A stretch of DNA of 64,000 bases, taken from the NCBI GenBank assembly GCA_030295235.1, contig AP026140.1:62001-126000 (forward strand), read 5' to 3'. The position numbers were made by a program, and so were the translations under genes. The notes beneath the pieces are model-generated. The model ran no database searches, was not told the origin of the DNA, and worked only from the letters and a program-made list of their open reading frames with translations. This stretch comes from Fistulifera solaris (lineage: Eukaryota). Of this stretch, positions 10,892 to 23,458 are shown one piece after another. The first letter of the stretch is position 1, and each line of letters begins with the position of its first letter.

Positions 10892-11521
10892 ATGGACGAC
10901 GTCTTGTCCAGCACACTCCATCTCTCTTATCTTGCCCCGAGAAGTGGCGCACCTCACATGCTTCTTCTGTGGATTGCGTGGGGGTCACTTATTATTTCGT
11001 GGACAATTGCTTGCATACGCGGGCCTTACACGAAGCTGGACGAGCGCTATACCGAGATCGAAAACAGACTCATTACAAAACGAGCTATGTCGCCACCGGA
11101 ATATCAAGACCAGCGGCAAAGCAAAGAGCATCGAGAATGTGCAATTTGTCAAAGTGCTTTTCAAGAAAATGATCTAGTCAGCTGGTTACCAGGGTGCTGT
11201 CACGTACATCATCACATGTGCATAAAGCGCTGGTTGCTCCAACATTTTAATTGCCCTACTTGTCGGCTTTCTCTTGACGAGTGTGAAGCGGTGTTATCAA
11301 CATCAGGCGGTCCAGATTACTTCTGTATTTATGATGGTTTGCGGCATGTATCACATGAAATTGAAGACGGCCGTACTTGTCGCATTTCATCCGAAGAGCT
11401 CAAACAATATCGCGATTATCCGATTGCTTTATCGGATAAAGGCATGGACCAGGAGGATCCCTGGGGTAATGCCGAACTATTACGATCATACGGGAGGCAC
11501 ATGCGTTTGCCGCCCGTTTGA
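10892..11521 (+). CDS. TM + RING-H2 E3 ubiquitin ligase (ATL-like)
   Basis: CAIC...CCHVHHHMCI..W....NCPTCR RING-H2 domain preceded by a TM helix. Confidence 0.85.
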   Translation: MDDVLSSTLHLSYLAPRSGAPHMLLLWIAWGSLIISWTIACIRGPYTKLDERYTEIENRLITKRAMSPPEYQDQRQSKEHRECAICQSAFQENDLVSWLPGCCHVHHHMCIKRWLLQHFNCPTCRLSLDECEAVLSTSGGPDYFCIYDGLRHVSHEIEDGRTCRISSEELKQYRDYPIALSDKGMDQEDPWGNAELLRSYGRHMRLPPV

Positions 11522-11930
11522 GGAAGGGCTTGATACTTGCATTTGATTGACATTCATAAGGATATAGAATATACCATTATTCGTTTGATTTGGTGTTTCT
11601 AAATGTGGTCAGAGGTTAAAGGCTCGAGGCCATTATTTATTTTAACGCAGAAATGTAGCACAAAAGAACATGGTTCTCTGTTCTCTGTCACATCGGTTTA
11701 TCGTTTATCGGTTTACTACTTTGTAAAATAGAAACAAAGAACAGAAAGAACCGCACGCGAAAAATAATACGGAGTAATGAGAACCTTGATGAGAACACGG
11801 GTGTTGACGACCCCCTCCTTTTGCATTTGCTAACCATTGAAAAGATAAAATAGCATTGCAGGTCGCCATCGTAGATATCAACATTCATTTTAAACTAAAC
11901 TTCTTTGAAACGAGAAGTCTTATTCGAAAC

Positions 11931-12544
11931 ATGGATGATGTTGCGACGTCTCGTCCCGGTAATTCTACCGACTCGACGACAACAAGCGACGACAGTGAAG
12001 CAGCTTTGTTCTTCTTTTTGGCTTGATCGTGATATGGACGTTTATCATTGTTTTGTCCTTTTGCGCTGCCCGTTGCGGCTATCTGCAGTCATCCCAGGAA
12101 AGTGAACAGAACTGTCAGGCAATCGACGATCAGATTATTACCAAGCGAGCCGTCTCATTCGCGTTCACTTCCGAAGATGTGGAGGCAGGATGTGAAGCCA
12201 TCAAAGATACCCCAGAATGTACAATTTGCTTAAATTCATTTGAGGAACATGATATTGTCAGCTGGTCACAGAATCAAGCCTGTCGACACGTCTTTCATCA
12301 TACTTGCATAATACCGTGGTTGGCGAAAGATCCGCAATGCCCTTGTTGTCGTCAACCTTTCTTGGGCAATTCGTCGAATCGAGCCGCTACGACATTTTTC
12401 TCAGTTCATATGGGATTGGTTGATACTTGTAAGGCCACACCAGAGCAGAAAGATGCCTATCAAAAGCTTCTCGAATCGAGTGAGCTAATACGATGCAAGT
12501 CTAACACTCGACTGGGTAAGTTCGCCGAGAAGAATGGAGAGTGA
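11931..12544 (+). CDS. TM + RING-H2 E3 ubiquitin ligase, tandem paralog
   Basis: CTIC...CRHVFHHTCI.PW...QCPCCR. Starts MDDV like its neighbour if one T is added to the T-run at about 12015. Shares the ITKRA motif. Confidence 0.8.
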
Positions 12545-12819
12545 ACATCGTCGATTGTCGAACCAATTTTATACTACTTGAACATATTTTCGAATGAGCC
12601 GACCTCTACCTAGATAGCGTAACTAGAGGGTGCTCTCAATTCGCTCGACGTCACATTGTTCCGCAATCGCTGAAGCTTCACGTGCGCTACATTCGGCATT
12701 TGGCGAAGATCATTCGCCTGCGCGATCATACTGTTCTAAACGACGGCCTAGTATTTGCATGCTTTACGATTACTATTACAATTATTATCCTATTCCGACA
12801 AACTGTTATACCGCCTGAA

Positions 12820-13279
12820 TTAGTCCATTTCTTCGTCGACAAGAAGTGCGTATTCATTGTCTTCTAAGTATTTTTTCTCTTCTCTCATTTCCTCCTTGGT
12901 TATTGTCATTATTGAAAAAACCATCCCGGCAAGAGTGAATAAGGCCACCCCGGTCATGACAACAATAAATGTGTTGTCTTGAGAAAAAAGGCATTTGTGT
13001 GAGAGCTAGCGTATTGCAGCCAAGTGATGCCGTGAGGAAGAAGAGGTGTCGCTTGTGCGGGTCATCCGCCGAAGCTTTGAGCCATTCCAAGGCATTGAGT
13101 ATGAAGAATATTATGGAAATGATCAGTATTATGGAAAAGCAAAAGCAGTGGGTGTAGGCGAGCGTCGTATCTTCGTTCAAACACCGACAATTTGTCGCGT
13201 AACAAAGGACGAGAATTAGTGCGCCCACCGTAAAGCCGGCTCTACGATACGTTGCCTTGTTATTCTTTGCATCGATCAT
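12820..13279 (-). CDS. Small hypothetical multi-pass (about 4 TM) membrane protein
   Basis: ORF from 13279 has three hydrophobic segments. Correcting the A-run at about 12985 adds a fourth (TFIVVMTGVALFTLAGMVFSIM) and an acidic tail ending at TAA 12820. Confidence 0.6.
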
Positions 13280-14916
13280 TGCTTTACTTGTTGTTCAATA
13301 TCCTTCAGAATGAATGACAATGGATGAAAAGGCGTCGGAAAAGATTTTTAAGCTGCTCTTATTGTCTTTGACACGCGGTTGTCAACAAAACGTAGTGTCT
13401 TTCGTCTTTCACGAGTACTTAGTTCTTCACTTTCTTCCTCAAAAATCACAGGTCATAATGGTCATCATAGGTAATAGTCAGCCTACAGGATACAAGTTAC
13501 AAGTCTACACCCATGGAATTTTCAAGACAAGTAAAAAATAAAAAATAGAAAATACTTTCTAAGTCATAGTGGCGTAGTGACATAAAACATAGCTTTTCTA
13601 GAGTTTCTAGAGTGCTCGTGTACTGTACCTGTACCTGTACCAGGTACTGTGAGTATCAATCAAGATGATGATTATTCTTCATTCAAGCTTGCTTTTGCGA
13701 CGCCTCTTTTCTATGTGGTTCCGCTTTCGACGTTTCCCTCCTTTTGTTTTGATTACACAATAATCTAGCACAAGGAGTCAGTAATGACAAGAACTTATTA
13801 ACTCTCATAGAGCGAGCAGCGAAGCAGAAAGAAATACTCAGCAGACCTTCAGTTGAGGCTTCGAGCAAAGACGGAAGTGCAAACGAAGCTTTCGAATTTT
13901 CTTCCATTCCGAGGTCGCATGAAACACATTGGCAGCCTTCAATCGAGATGCCAGCAGCCTCAAAGAGTGAATAGCATTCCTTTCGGAATGATCAAATCGG
14001 TAGTGGAGGAGTCGTCGTTCAGAGTGTCTGAGGCGGTCTGAGTGTTTGTTGATCCTTGCTTTGGTTAGAAAGATCAAGCGAGGCAAGCGTCTAGGGTAAC
14101 TGTCCAGTGGGATGTAAAGAGCTGCATCGTGCTTTGTGGAAATGGCATATCTTTCAAAAGATCAAAGTAGCAAGACAGTAAGATGCATTTGAAGCAGCTG
14201 CCTATCTAAAGGTAAATTCACTGTGCAGTTCAGATTGAGAACGACACTTGGAGTAAATCATCGGTGACGACTATTGCGAGTGGGGCATCTCTGTCTGCTA
14301 CGCATTCGACATTTAAATAGCGTACGAAATCGTGCAGTCAAATCAATGAGATTCTACTAATTGGTGTCATGAGCAGCATACCGAAAGTTCTCTCCGTTCC
14401 ATCGGATCAATGAGTAGAAATACTTAAGAGGCTAATCTTTGTCGACAAGTTACCTTCGCAAGGAACCCAAGCTCCAACTCGAGAAATCTTAAACTTCCTT
14501 ACAACAATCAACCACTTGGTAAAGACCAAGAACGAGACTGCAATAAGATTCATACTGGCGATCTACTTATCACAGCAAGATTTGTAAGGAAGCAAGAAAC
14601 AAGGGCAATGTTTTCTTTTCACTTTCAAGCTGATATATGTTCCTTTGCTTTGATAGCAGCAAGGTATGATTTAAACGCGACATGACGAACTATTCAGAGT
14701 CCATGCTCCGTTTCAGAGAACGATTCGTTGAAGATTCACGTTTAGAAAAGAGCATCAAACACATCGCAATCGGCAAATCAACCGATTCACCTTGTTGTAT
14801 TGACAAAGGTAGAGTAAGCTTTTGATGATAAAAAATACATACATTTCCTTAATAGATTTACATTATTACGTTCTCGTGGTTATACAAGCCGATCACTCTG
14901 TTAACTTTGGTTGGTG

Positions 14917-15327
14917 TTATGTAAACAAGCACTGCGGCATAGTGTGAGACAGATCTCGCATGAATCTTTCTCTCCGGTAATCTGTGTTTCTCAGTCGTCG
15001 TATTTCTTGTAAACGAATCTGTTTAAATTCCTTCTCCTTTCTTAAAGGAATTTGTCGTCAAAATCGGTCTTCATTCGTCCCTCACAAAGGAGATTCTTCC
15101 AAAAGAAGATGATGCTTTCCAGAGATTTGATCACAGTGATACTGATCGGGAGGTGTTCGATTCGTAGTTCTGGATTTTGAGTGGTAGTACATGGTCGGAT
15201 TGGGCGTTCTGGGTCCTCCGCCCATCACATTCGAAGCTACGATGGCCACAGGATCGAAGGAGACGCGATGTTTATCGGCTCTCATGCTGAGAGGAAGGTC
15301 GTTTGTATGAGCCGTCATGTTGCTCAT
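14917..15327 (-). pseudogene. Possible decayed small gene (frame interrupted by two TGA codons)
   Basis: The frame from ATG 15327 continues protein-like past TGA 15082-84 and TGA 15058-60 (RQIPLRKEKEFKQIRLQEIRRLR..) to TAA 14917. Confidence 0.3.
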
Positions 15328-15993
15328 TGCTTTGCGGTTTCAAAAAGAATGTGTTGTGAAAGTGAGCTCGACTAATCTTTTGGCTGATTTTGAAGGATCG
15401 TGCCGAACACGAAATGGGAAGACAGGAACAAAAGTATTCTCATCTACCTCGAAAAGGGAGGAAGACGAAAACAGAACAAACACACGGCACTTTGCGTCAT
15501 TTTTCTTTGCATGCGCGTTTCTGTTTGGAGCTGTTTTGTGTTTTGCCATACGCACGCTTTCGTCACACTAATAAATGCAGAATCCTTTCCGTAGATATTA
15601 CAGTTTCAGACACTGTGAATGTCACTTTGTCAAGTTTTCTGTAGACGACAGTTCGCTGATTCCGATGATGACTACTGACGTCTCTTTTTGTATGGGATAA
15701 CATGTACGGCATAAGACCGCGTCGATGCATCGTCGTTCTTCGTTGGAAACCTCGCATCTCGCATTCGTGAACTGTGAAAGAAATTCACGCGCGTCGCGCG
15801 ATCCTTTGAATACCGGATTGGTAACTGTTTGTCGCAGAAGACATTCAATCACTCTCCGAATTTGACGCTGTCAGAATTTTCGCAGCGCTTGTCACAAAAT
15901 CGCAGCAATAATTTCATAGGTTTGACTTGACGCTCCAGTCGTCACAAAAGTATGCGAAAGGAACAATTTGTGGCCTCCTAAGATAGGCAATAA

Positions 15994-17277
15994 ATGACAG
16001 AAGCGAAAGACTACGAGACGGAGCTCTCACCTTTGTTGCAACGTCGACAGTCACACACTTCGCTCAATGAAGAGTCACTCGCGAGCAACACAGAGACAAC
16101 AATCAATTTAATTAAAACTTGTATGGGTACAGGATGTCTCGCATTACCATTCGCGTGTCAACAAGGTGGTATTGTACTTTTTATCATCGGGTTATTTGCA
16201 GTGGGAGCTTGGAATGTTTATTCCGTCCACCGTTTAGTGCAATGTTTATCCTGTTTTCCCAAATCAAGACAGTTATCGGATGCTACAAGCAGTACTACCC
16301 GTATCAACTCCGCACAGGAACCCCAAATACCACCAGAAGGTATCGCTGTCATGAGTCAAGTGACTTGGATCGCATTCGGGCCGCTGGGAGTACAAGTACT
16401 CGATGGAATCATGATGGTATTGTTCTTTGGAGTGATTACGGCTTATTATTGTGCCGTTCTAACGTTTCTAGGCGATACACCGTTGTCGTTGGGAAGAATA
16501 TTTGATAGTGGATTGACATGCATCATTCTCACCGTTCTATCGCTAGTGCCGCATGTTGGTGCATTGAAATATGCCAGTGCGTTAGGAATGATCGTACTCT
16601 CCCCTGACCTTTGGTGTCATTTTCGTTTACGGATATTCCGGAAACAACAAGGAGGGTGCGACGTTGAATATGTGGCCTTCTTCCATCGATGGGCTGAGTC
16701 AATGGTTCGGTGTGATTGTCTTTGGATTTGGAATTGTTCCCATGACGTACAATTACCGATCCTCGATGCAAAGGCCAGAAGATATCGTGAAAGTTACATT
16801 GCATGCCATGTTTGGGACAGCTTGCTCGTATACTATCATCGGATGGGGTTTGTATGCACTGTTTCCTTCTTTACAAGGTGATGTGCTCAGTGAATTACCC
16901 CGACACGGAGTCTTTCCCATTGCCACTCGTTTAGCCATGGTCACAGTGGTCTTGATGACGGCACCCTTTTGATTGTACCATGTGCGGAGTTATTGGAAGG
17001 CAAATGGCAGCATGCGGGGCGATTATTCACTCGATTAACAATCTGCGGCGTTTCGTGTACACTGGCGATCCTCTTTCCGCATTTCGTTCAGGCTTTATCA
17101 CTTGTAGGGTCAACGTGCGTCGCTGCCGTTAGCTTTTGCGTGCCTGCGTTACTCCACTGGAAATTAGTAAGGGGACAATCGGAACAGGAGTATAAGCGTC
17201 TAGCCAAGGTTGATTTGTTCATGTTTATCCTGGGAATCGTTTTGACGGCCATCAGCACCTACGTTCTGCTTTCGTGA
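15994..17277 (+). CDS. Amino-acid transporter, AAAP/Aa_trans family
   Basis: TM1 signature NLIKTCMGTGCLALPFA..QGG and many TM helices. Indels at about 16602 and 16966 link three ORFs. Confidence 0.9.
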
Positions 17278-18032
17278 ACATTGAGAGTAAGAAACAGAAC
17301 CGAGTCTCTACTAATCGACGTTTAGCCTACGGTCGTGATACAATCAAAGGCAGATTTGACCAGTAAAATCATGAACCAATGTGTCCGATAAAAGGCAGTT
17401 TCCATCAAGGAGGTTCTTGCAAATTGAAAGCCTAAACTAAACGCTTTTTTAGGCTGCAAACAAGCTCGGCTTGGTCTCTCTGAGTTGCTTTAGCAACTAC
17501 TTCAACCTAAGGGTCTAGCGGTCTAGCAGCCCTAGCTAGTTTGTTTTTCGCCATGTTGTTTAGTCTAGAGATGACCGATGACTCGACGAAAGGCAAAACA
17601 TCCAAGATCTAAGCATCAAAGTGCTCTTATGCCTCTTGGAGACTTGAGAAGCGAAACAGCAAGCAACGCCGGAACCCGCGGAAAGAAATACTTATTGGAT
17701 TGGACTTATGCGCAAAGGCGCCAAAGTCTGTTTTGACTATACACTGTGAAGGATAGTACGCCTATCAGCACTCGACACACGACACACATACACAGGTAAC
17801 TACTGTATTCAAGATAGTACATTTTGAGCACTGTTGAAAAGGCTGCATAAACTCCGCCTGCTTTTTCATGCGATGATGAGGCTGATTTTTTCGCCCACCA
17901 TAACCACACGCAAGCAAGAACGATGAAAGACGAAACATAAAACATAAACGAAGGAGCACCGGTTTATAATCAGAGCAACACAAAGGTGACATAAACTGGA
18001 TTCCATTTTAGAAAAAAAGAGATCGCGATATC

Positions 18033-19262
18033 ATGAGCAGAGAAACTACGGAAAAGCCGTCGAGTCTTTGCAAGCGATTCCTCTCCAGCAATGCGGCGTT
18101 TATCATTGTGATCATACAAATTCTCATCTTATGTCGCTCCAACAAATGCGTTTTCGATACAGTAAGAGAGGAAAAGGACTTTTCGTTCCCGCTGCAACTT
18201 TCGGACGAGCACGAGCGTAGTGAGTCGCCTTCTAACTTGCTCTCGTCCGACGGTCACTCTGCTCTCTCTAATGCCGATAATGCGCAAAAGAAGAGTCGCG
18301 TGTTGATGGGGCTATTAGCCGCGGAATCACAAGATTTGAACGATTATGCAAGAGTGCAGCGTGAATTGTTTGCGCTGCACCCAAATGTGTGTTCGCTGCA
18401 GCAATTTCAGGAGACGCGATCATCGGCTTGTGAATTGCTTTATACGTTTGTGCTCGGAGCTAACGAGGACGGTCCTACGGAAATTGTAAATGAAACGGTG
18501 TCTGTTCTTACTTACAACACAAAGTCTATTTTAGGTGGGGATGACGTGATTCATCTTAATATTCGGTAAGTTGTTGTTCGACTTCGCATCGACACTCCTC
18601 AGGCTCGCATTCAACTCTTTCTCATGCGTGCTGTTGCTTTTTTGTGCAGAGAAAACATGAACGAAGGCAAAAGTCAAACGTGGTTTTACTATGCAAGTAC
18701 CATTGCGGATGCGTTGGGAATCGACTACGTTGGTAAGATCGATCTTGATACATTGCTGTATCTGGACAAACTTTTCGGCTTCAAAGAGATGCATTTGCCT
18801 CCAGCGCCATACAACAATCACATTCTGGTGGGTCAGCTAGTCGACAAAGATATGTGGAATATCGATTTGTACGGCAAACGGTTCCCGGGAAAGTTTTGGC
18901 CAAAAGAAAAGCTTGTCCTTGACCACTTGCAACCTCCCTATCACATGTACGCGCAAGGTGGATGCTACATTATGAGCACCGACTTGGTGAAGGGCGTCGT
19001 TCGCGTAGCCAATACTGTGCCCAAGGAGAACTATTTCGAGCAACATGAGGATCATGATGTCACGACGATGGCTTTTATTAGCACGGTGCTTAAAGACGAT
19101 CCGAATTATGCGGCAACGATGAGTCTGAAACAGATGACTACCCTTAGTTTATTTTGGAAGCATCCTGTGAAGAGGGATCATATACGATGGAGTCGGATTT
19201 GGAAAAATGAAATCAGGCGCATGGGCAGAAATGTGAACAATGTTGCATCGAAAACGTCATGA
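18033..19262 (+). CDS. Type II membrane glycosyltransferase, GT31 (beta-1,3-galactosyltransferase)-like
   Basis: N-terminal signal anchor. Motifs FVLG, ENMNEGKS, YVGKIDLD (DxD), YAQGGCY..S.DL, HEDHD and HPVK. Intron 18566-18649. Confidence 0.75.
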
Positions 19263-19488
19263 GTGTGTGAGCGACTTTGGGCGTAACTTCAATGGTAACC
19301 AAACTGCTTGTATTGAATGATACTATGGTCCTCTTCAAATGATATCGCTAGAAAACCCGAGCGAGAGAAAGTTTTCAAAGATTGCAGCGTTTGTGAAACG
19401 ACCATCATCCCAGAAGCAGAACAAAGCGGAATGGGTTGTAATTTATTACATAGATCTAACCATTTAATACATAGGTCTAACCATTTAT

Positions 19489-20968
19489 TTATGGGTTGTA
19501 TTTATGAATAAAGCCGGTAGCGACCTGAACGGCCTCCTCTATAGTTTGTGCTTGAGCCCACATGGCAGTTTCTCCGTCTTTACATCCCTCCCAACTTTCA
19601 AAGGCGACCTCCAACGTACTTGAAATCTTTGCTGTAGCTTGGTCGATGTAGACAAAAGGAATACCTGACAGGTAGGACAGGATAGCGGCATGTAAACGAT
19701 CGCAGATCACGACCTTCCCCAACGAAAGCATCTGGATCGCCGACTCCGTGAATAAAAAAATCGTCCGAAGGCCACAATGCGAATCGAGTGTTCCAGTCAA
19801 AGACACCAAATCTTAAGTCATCCCCGCCTTCGAGGGCGTTCAGCATTGATCGAATATCATCATGGGACGATGATATTACTGACTCTTTATCGGTCCGTAG
19901 GAAGAATACGATATCCAGCTGTAATGCTTCTTTTTCCTTGGTTATCCTTCGTTCGTAAGGACCTAAATGAAACGCAATGTCGGGAACCAGTAGATTGGTA
20001 GCAAATGGGTATTCTTTCAGCGCCTCGTTGTAACCTTTTCGCTCACGCCACGAGAAGACCACTCGAGAAGCAGACTCCTGTTTGGCAATCTCCGTCTCTA
20101 AACTGGTAAGACCCAAGGCGGTAGCAATACCGTTTCGAATGCGTTTTGTATCTTCTTGTCGCAATTTGCCCGAGTAATAATGAAAACTAGATGGCATGGC
20201 CACGACCGTAAAATTGTTGCGGAGTAGTGGCTCGAAACTTGCCACGCGTTGCCGATGTGTGAAGTACCACAAGTCACCGAAATTGCCACCGCCGTGCCAT
20301 ATGGCAAATGTATTTCCAGTATTGTCTTGTTTCAAATAGTCTCGACAATTGATGTTCGCGAACCGCCCAGACTGAGCGTAACCACACGTATCCACGGAAG
20401 TGTCCGCATATCCTAAATGTTGAAGAAAACGTTGCTCCCCCTTGTAGAGCATACTGTCGCCGACGTTGGGATGGTAAGCAGGGTCCACTAATAGCACGGG
20501 CTTTCGATGTTCTGCAAATGTTTGGATGTGAGGATCTAGCAGCTGATGTGCTAACTCTCGAATTTTGACAATGCATTCGTGCCGTTTGCGGATGCCTGGA
20601 TGATCTGTATCAAACAGTTCAATCGCTTCAGGAGCAATGCTATCTTCGGGATTGATTCCTTGCGGAACTGTAAAATTAGAGAGAAGCGCGGCTATGTCAA
20701 TCTCGGATATCAGCCTGTCTTTTTCAACGAGAGTCGACGCGAACGACGCATCTTGCTGCTGCTGATTTTCCGCCTCCTCGTCTTGTTGTCGCTTTTCTTG
20801 TGGGAGGTGCGCCGAGGGTTCGTTCATGCCTTCTCTGTTGATCATTCCGAGAACCCCATCGACCATGATCGAGTAGCGAAAGTTAAAAAGCGTGACAAAG
20901 CCAACAAGAACCGCTACTATCATAACGAGCTGCGGGCGTTTCACCTTATTGTTGTCTGTTTTTATCAT
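19489..20968 (-). CDS. Polysaccharide pyruvyltransferase (Pvg1/WcaK-like), type II membrane
   Basis: Motifs HPNVGDSM, HGGGNFGDLW, WRE, PDIAF, LRTDKES and DRLHAAILS. An extra base in the A-run at about 19755 splits off the C-terminus. Confidence 0.88.
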
Positions 20969-21045
20969 GATTGCCTAATTTAATTCAATGCATAAAATGC
21001 TAATCCATTATGGTACTTGTATATGTTCGAATGTTTTTCGTCTTC

Positions 21046-21615
21046 ATGAATTTCTGGACCAGCCCAGATTTTCTGTGGAAATAATGAAATACACCTGGTC
21101 CAGAATTTCTGGACCAGCCCAGAATTTCTGTTTGAATGAATTCCATTTGGTCCAGAATTTCTGGACCAGCCCAGAATTTCTGAATGAATGAAATCCACTT
21201 GGTCCAGAATTTCTGAACCAGCCCAGAATTTCTGTATGAATGAAATCCACTTGGTCCAGAATTTCTGGACCTGCCCAGAATTTCTGTATGAATGAAATCC
21301 ACCAGCCTAAAATTTCTGTATGAATGAAATTCACGTGGTCCAGAATTTCTGGAAAAGCCCAGAATTTCTGTATGAATGAAATCCACGTGGTCAAAGATTT
21401 CTGGACCAGCCCAGATTTTCTGTATGAATGAAATCCACTTGGTCCAGAATTTCTGGACCAGCCCAGAATTTCTGTATGAATGAAATCCACTTTGCCCAGA
21501 ATTTCTGGACCAGCCCAAAATTTCTGTATGAATGAAATCCCACTTGGCCCAGAATTTCTGGACCAGCCCAACATTTCCGTATGAATGAAATCCACTTGGT
21601 CCAGAATCTCTGGAC
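21046..21615. repeat. Minisatellite of about 11 copies of a 52-bp unit with internal palindrome GGTCCAGAA-T-TTCTGGACC
   Basis: Unit starts at 21097, 21149, 21201, 21253, (one internally deleted unit), 21337, 21389, 21441, 21493, 21546 and 21598. Confidence 0.95.
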
Positions 21616-21909
21616 TACCTGGTAGTTAACTAAATAAAAATTGGCTTGCATCGATTTCTCGGATTCAAATTGGATGATATGGGGTTTATATTAGAAGCTT
21701 TTTAAAAAGGCACTCACATGCAACGACTCCAGTAGCTCCTCCGTCCCTAGTTGCTTTCGCCGAACTCTCTTTTGGAAAATTGGGCTGCAAATGATTGGCG
21801 ACTTATACACTTGTAGTCTAGTCGTCCATTTGCTGCCGCAAATCGTTAGGAAGTAGTAGTTTCATTCCAAATGCAGAACAGACTTGCAGAACCATCAATG
21901 CCGCGCTCA

Positions 21910-23133
21910 TTACGACACCATAGTCTGGACGATACGTTCCATTCGCTTCTTTTCATTTCGCCAAACAACAGACCAGCTCCTTCGCTGCCTCTTTACAGGA
22001 TGCTTCCAAAATAAACTAAGAGTCGTCATCTGTTTCAGACTCATTGTTGCAGCATAATTTGCATCGCCTTCAATCACCGTGCTAATGAAAGCCATTGTCG
22101 TGACATCATGATCCTCATGTTGCTCGAAATAGTTTTCCTTGGGCACAGTATTAGCTACGCGAACGATCCCCTTCACCAAGTCCGTGCTCAGGATGTAACA
22201 TCCGCCTTGTGCGTAAATATGATAACTGGGCTGCAAATGTTCGAGAACCAGTTTTTCTTTCTCCCAAAAATCAGTTACGAACCTCTTGCCATAATTTTGA
22301 ACGTTCCAGACATCCTTGTCGACTAGTTGACCCACCAAAATGTGATTGTTGTATGGCGCTGGGGGGAGATGCATTTCCTTGAAGCCGAAAAACTTGTCCA
22401 GATACAACATTGTATCCAGATCGATTTTTCCCACGTAGTCAATTCCCAACTCATCTGCAATTGTACTGGCATAATAGAACCACGTTTGACTTTTGCCTTC
22501 ATTCATGTTCTCTCTGCAAACGAAACAAGCAAAGTCAGTAAGAATGAGAAATAGACGTATCGCTCGTGGTTTTTATGCGAACCGCAATAAATCCCCTCTA
22601 CAAACAAGAACGCCAGGTAAAACGTACCGAATGTTGAGATGCGTCACATCGTCTCCCGTCAAACCCTTGCGGATGCTGCTGGCGAGAACCGGCATCGTGT
22701 CGTTTACAATTTCCGTAGGACCGTCCTCGTTTGCTCCGAGCACAAACGTATAAAGCAGTTCGCAAGCCGATGATCGCGTTTTCTGAAATTGTTGTAAGGA
22801 GCACACATTCGGATGCAGCGCAACGAGTTCGCGATGCACTCTTGCATAATCATACAAAAAGCGCGATTCTACAGCCATTAGTCCCATCAAAACACGACTT
22901 CTCGTTCGTCTCTCAGCAGAAATTTTCGATGTAAAGGTCCCTGAACTCAATTCGGTCGAACGGCTGAGCTCATTAACTGATTGAGGCTGAAACTTTGTGG
23001 CATTTATACCTGACCCGATATCGATCATGCATCTCGAAGAGCACCATAACACGAAAATCTGAACGAACAGAATGGCGAACGTCGCATTGCTAATTGCCGC
23101 AGATCTTTGGCTTTTGTTCGATGGCATTTCCAT
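21910..23133 (-). CDS. GT31-like glycosyltransferase, inverted paralog of 18033-19262
   Basis: Catalytic exon is close to identical in protein sequence. Intron at the same position (22514-22627). N-terminal stem is divergent. Confidence 0.8.
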
Positions 23134-23458
23134 GCTTACTTCAACAAGCACTTCAATTATCTATTATAAAACCATAGAGCGACGCAATTCTTGCTATTAC
23201 TTTCGTCTCAGGATGAGCATAACATAGTTTCATAACGTCTTTCGTTTCTGTTTTATTGTTTCTTTGTTTCATGCGTTTCATCGCATCGCGTCGTTTTTTC
23301 AATGCGCAGTCTGTCTGTCCTCCGCCGTTTGACCTGCTCGTCACGGCGCTTTATTATTGTCCGTTGAGTTTTGAAATTTGAAAATTCGAAAAGGGACTGA
23401 ACTGTTGGTCCAGACATGACCGACGGCTCATAATTATAGATGCCTCCTAACCATCAAG

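Noticed and set aside
13680..14850. Possible decayed gene in the 1.2-kb ORF-poor stretch
   Set aside because: Only short, stop-riddled frames with no recognisable homology. I cannot support a call.
19431..19510. Short local duplications (ACATAG(A/G)TCTAACCATTTA x2, ATGGGTTGTA x2) at the pyruvyltransferase 3' end
   Set aside because: Looks like ordinary slippage or a repair scar, with no further structure.
21046..21615. CRISPR array (palindromic repeats at regular spacing)
   Set aside because: The intervening sequences are themselves repeated, so there are no unique spacers. There are no cas genes and the context is eukaryotic.
21000..21651. Repetitive ORFs over the 52-bp array (likewise 10300-10662 and 50685-51239)
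   Set aside because: They are by-products of stop-poor tandem repeats whose units cycle through frames or carry indels.
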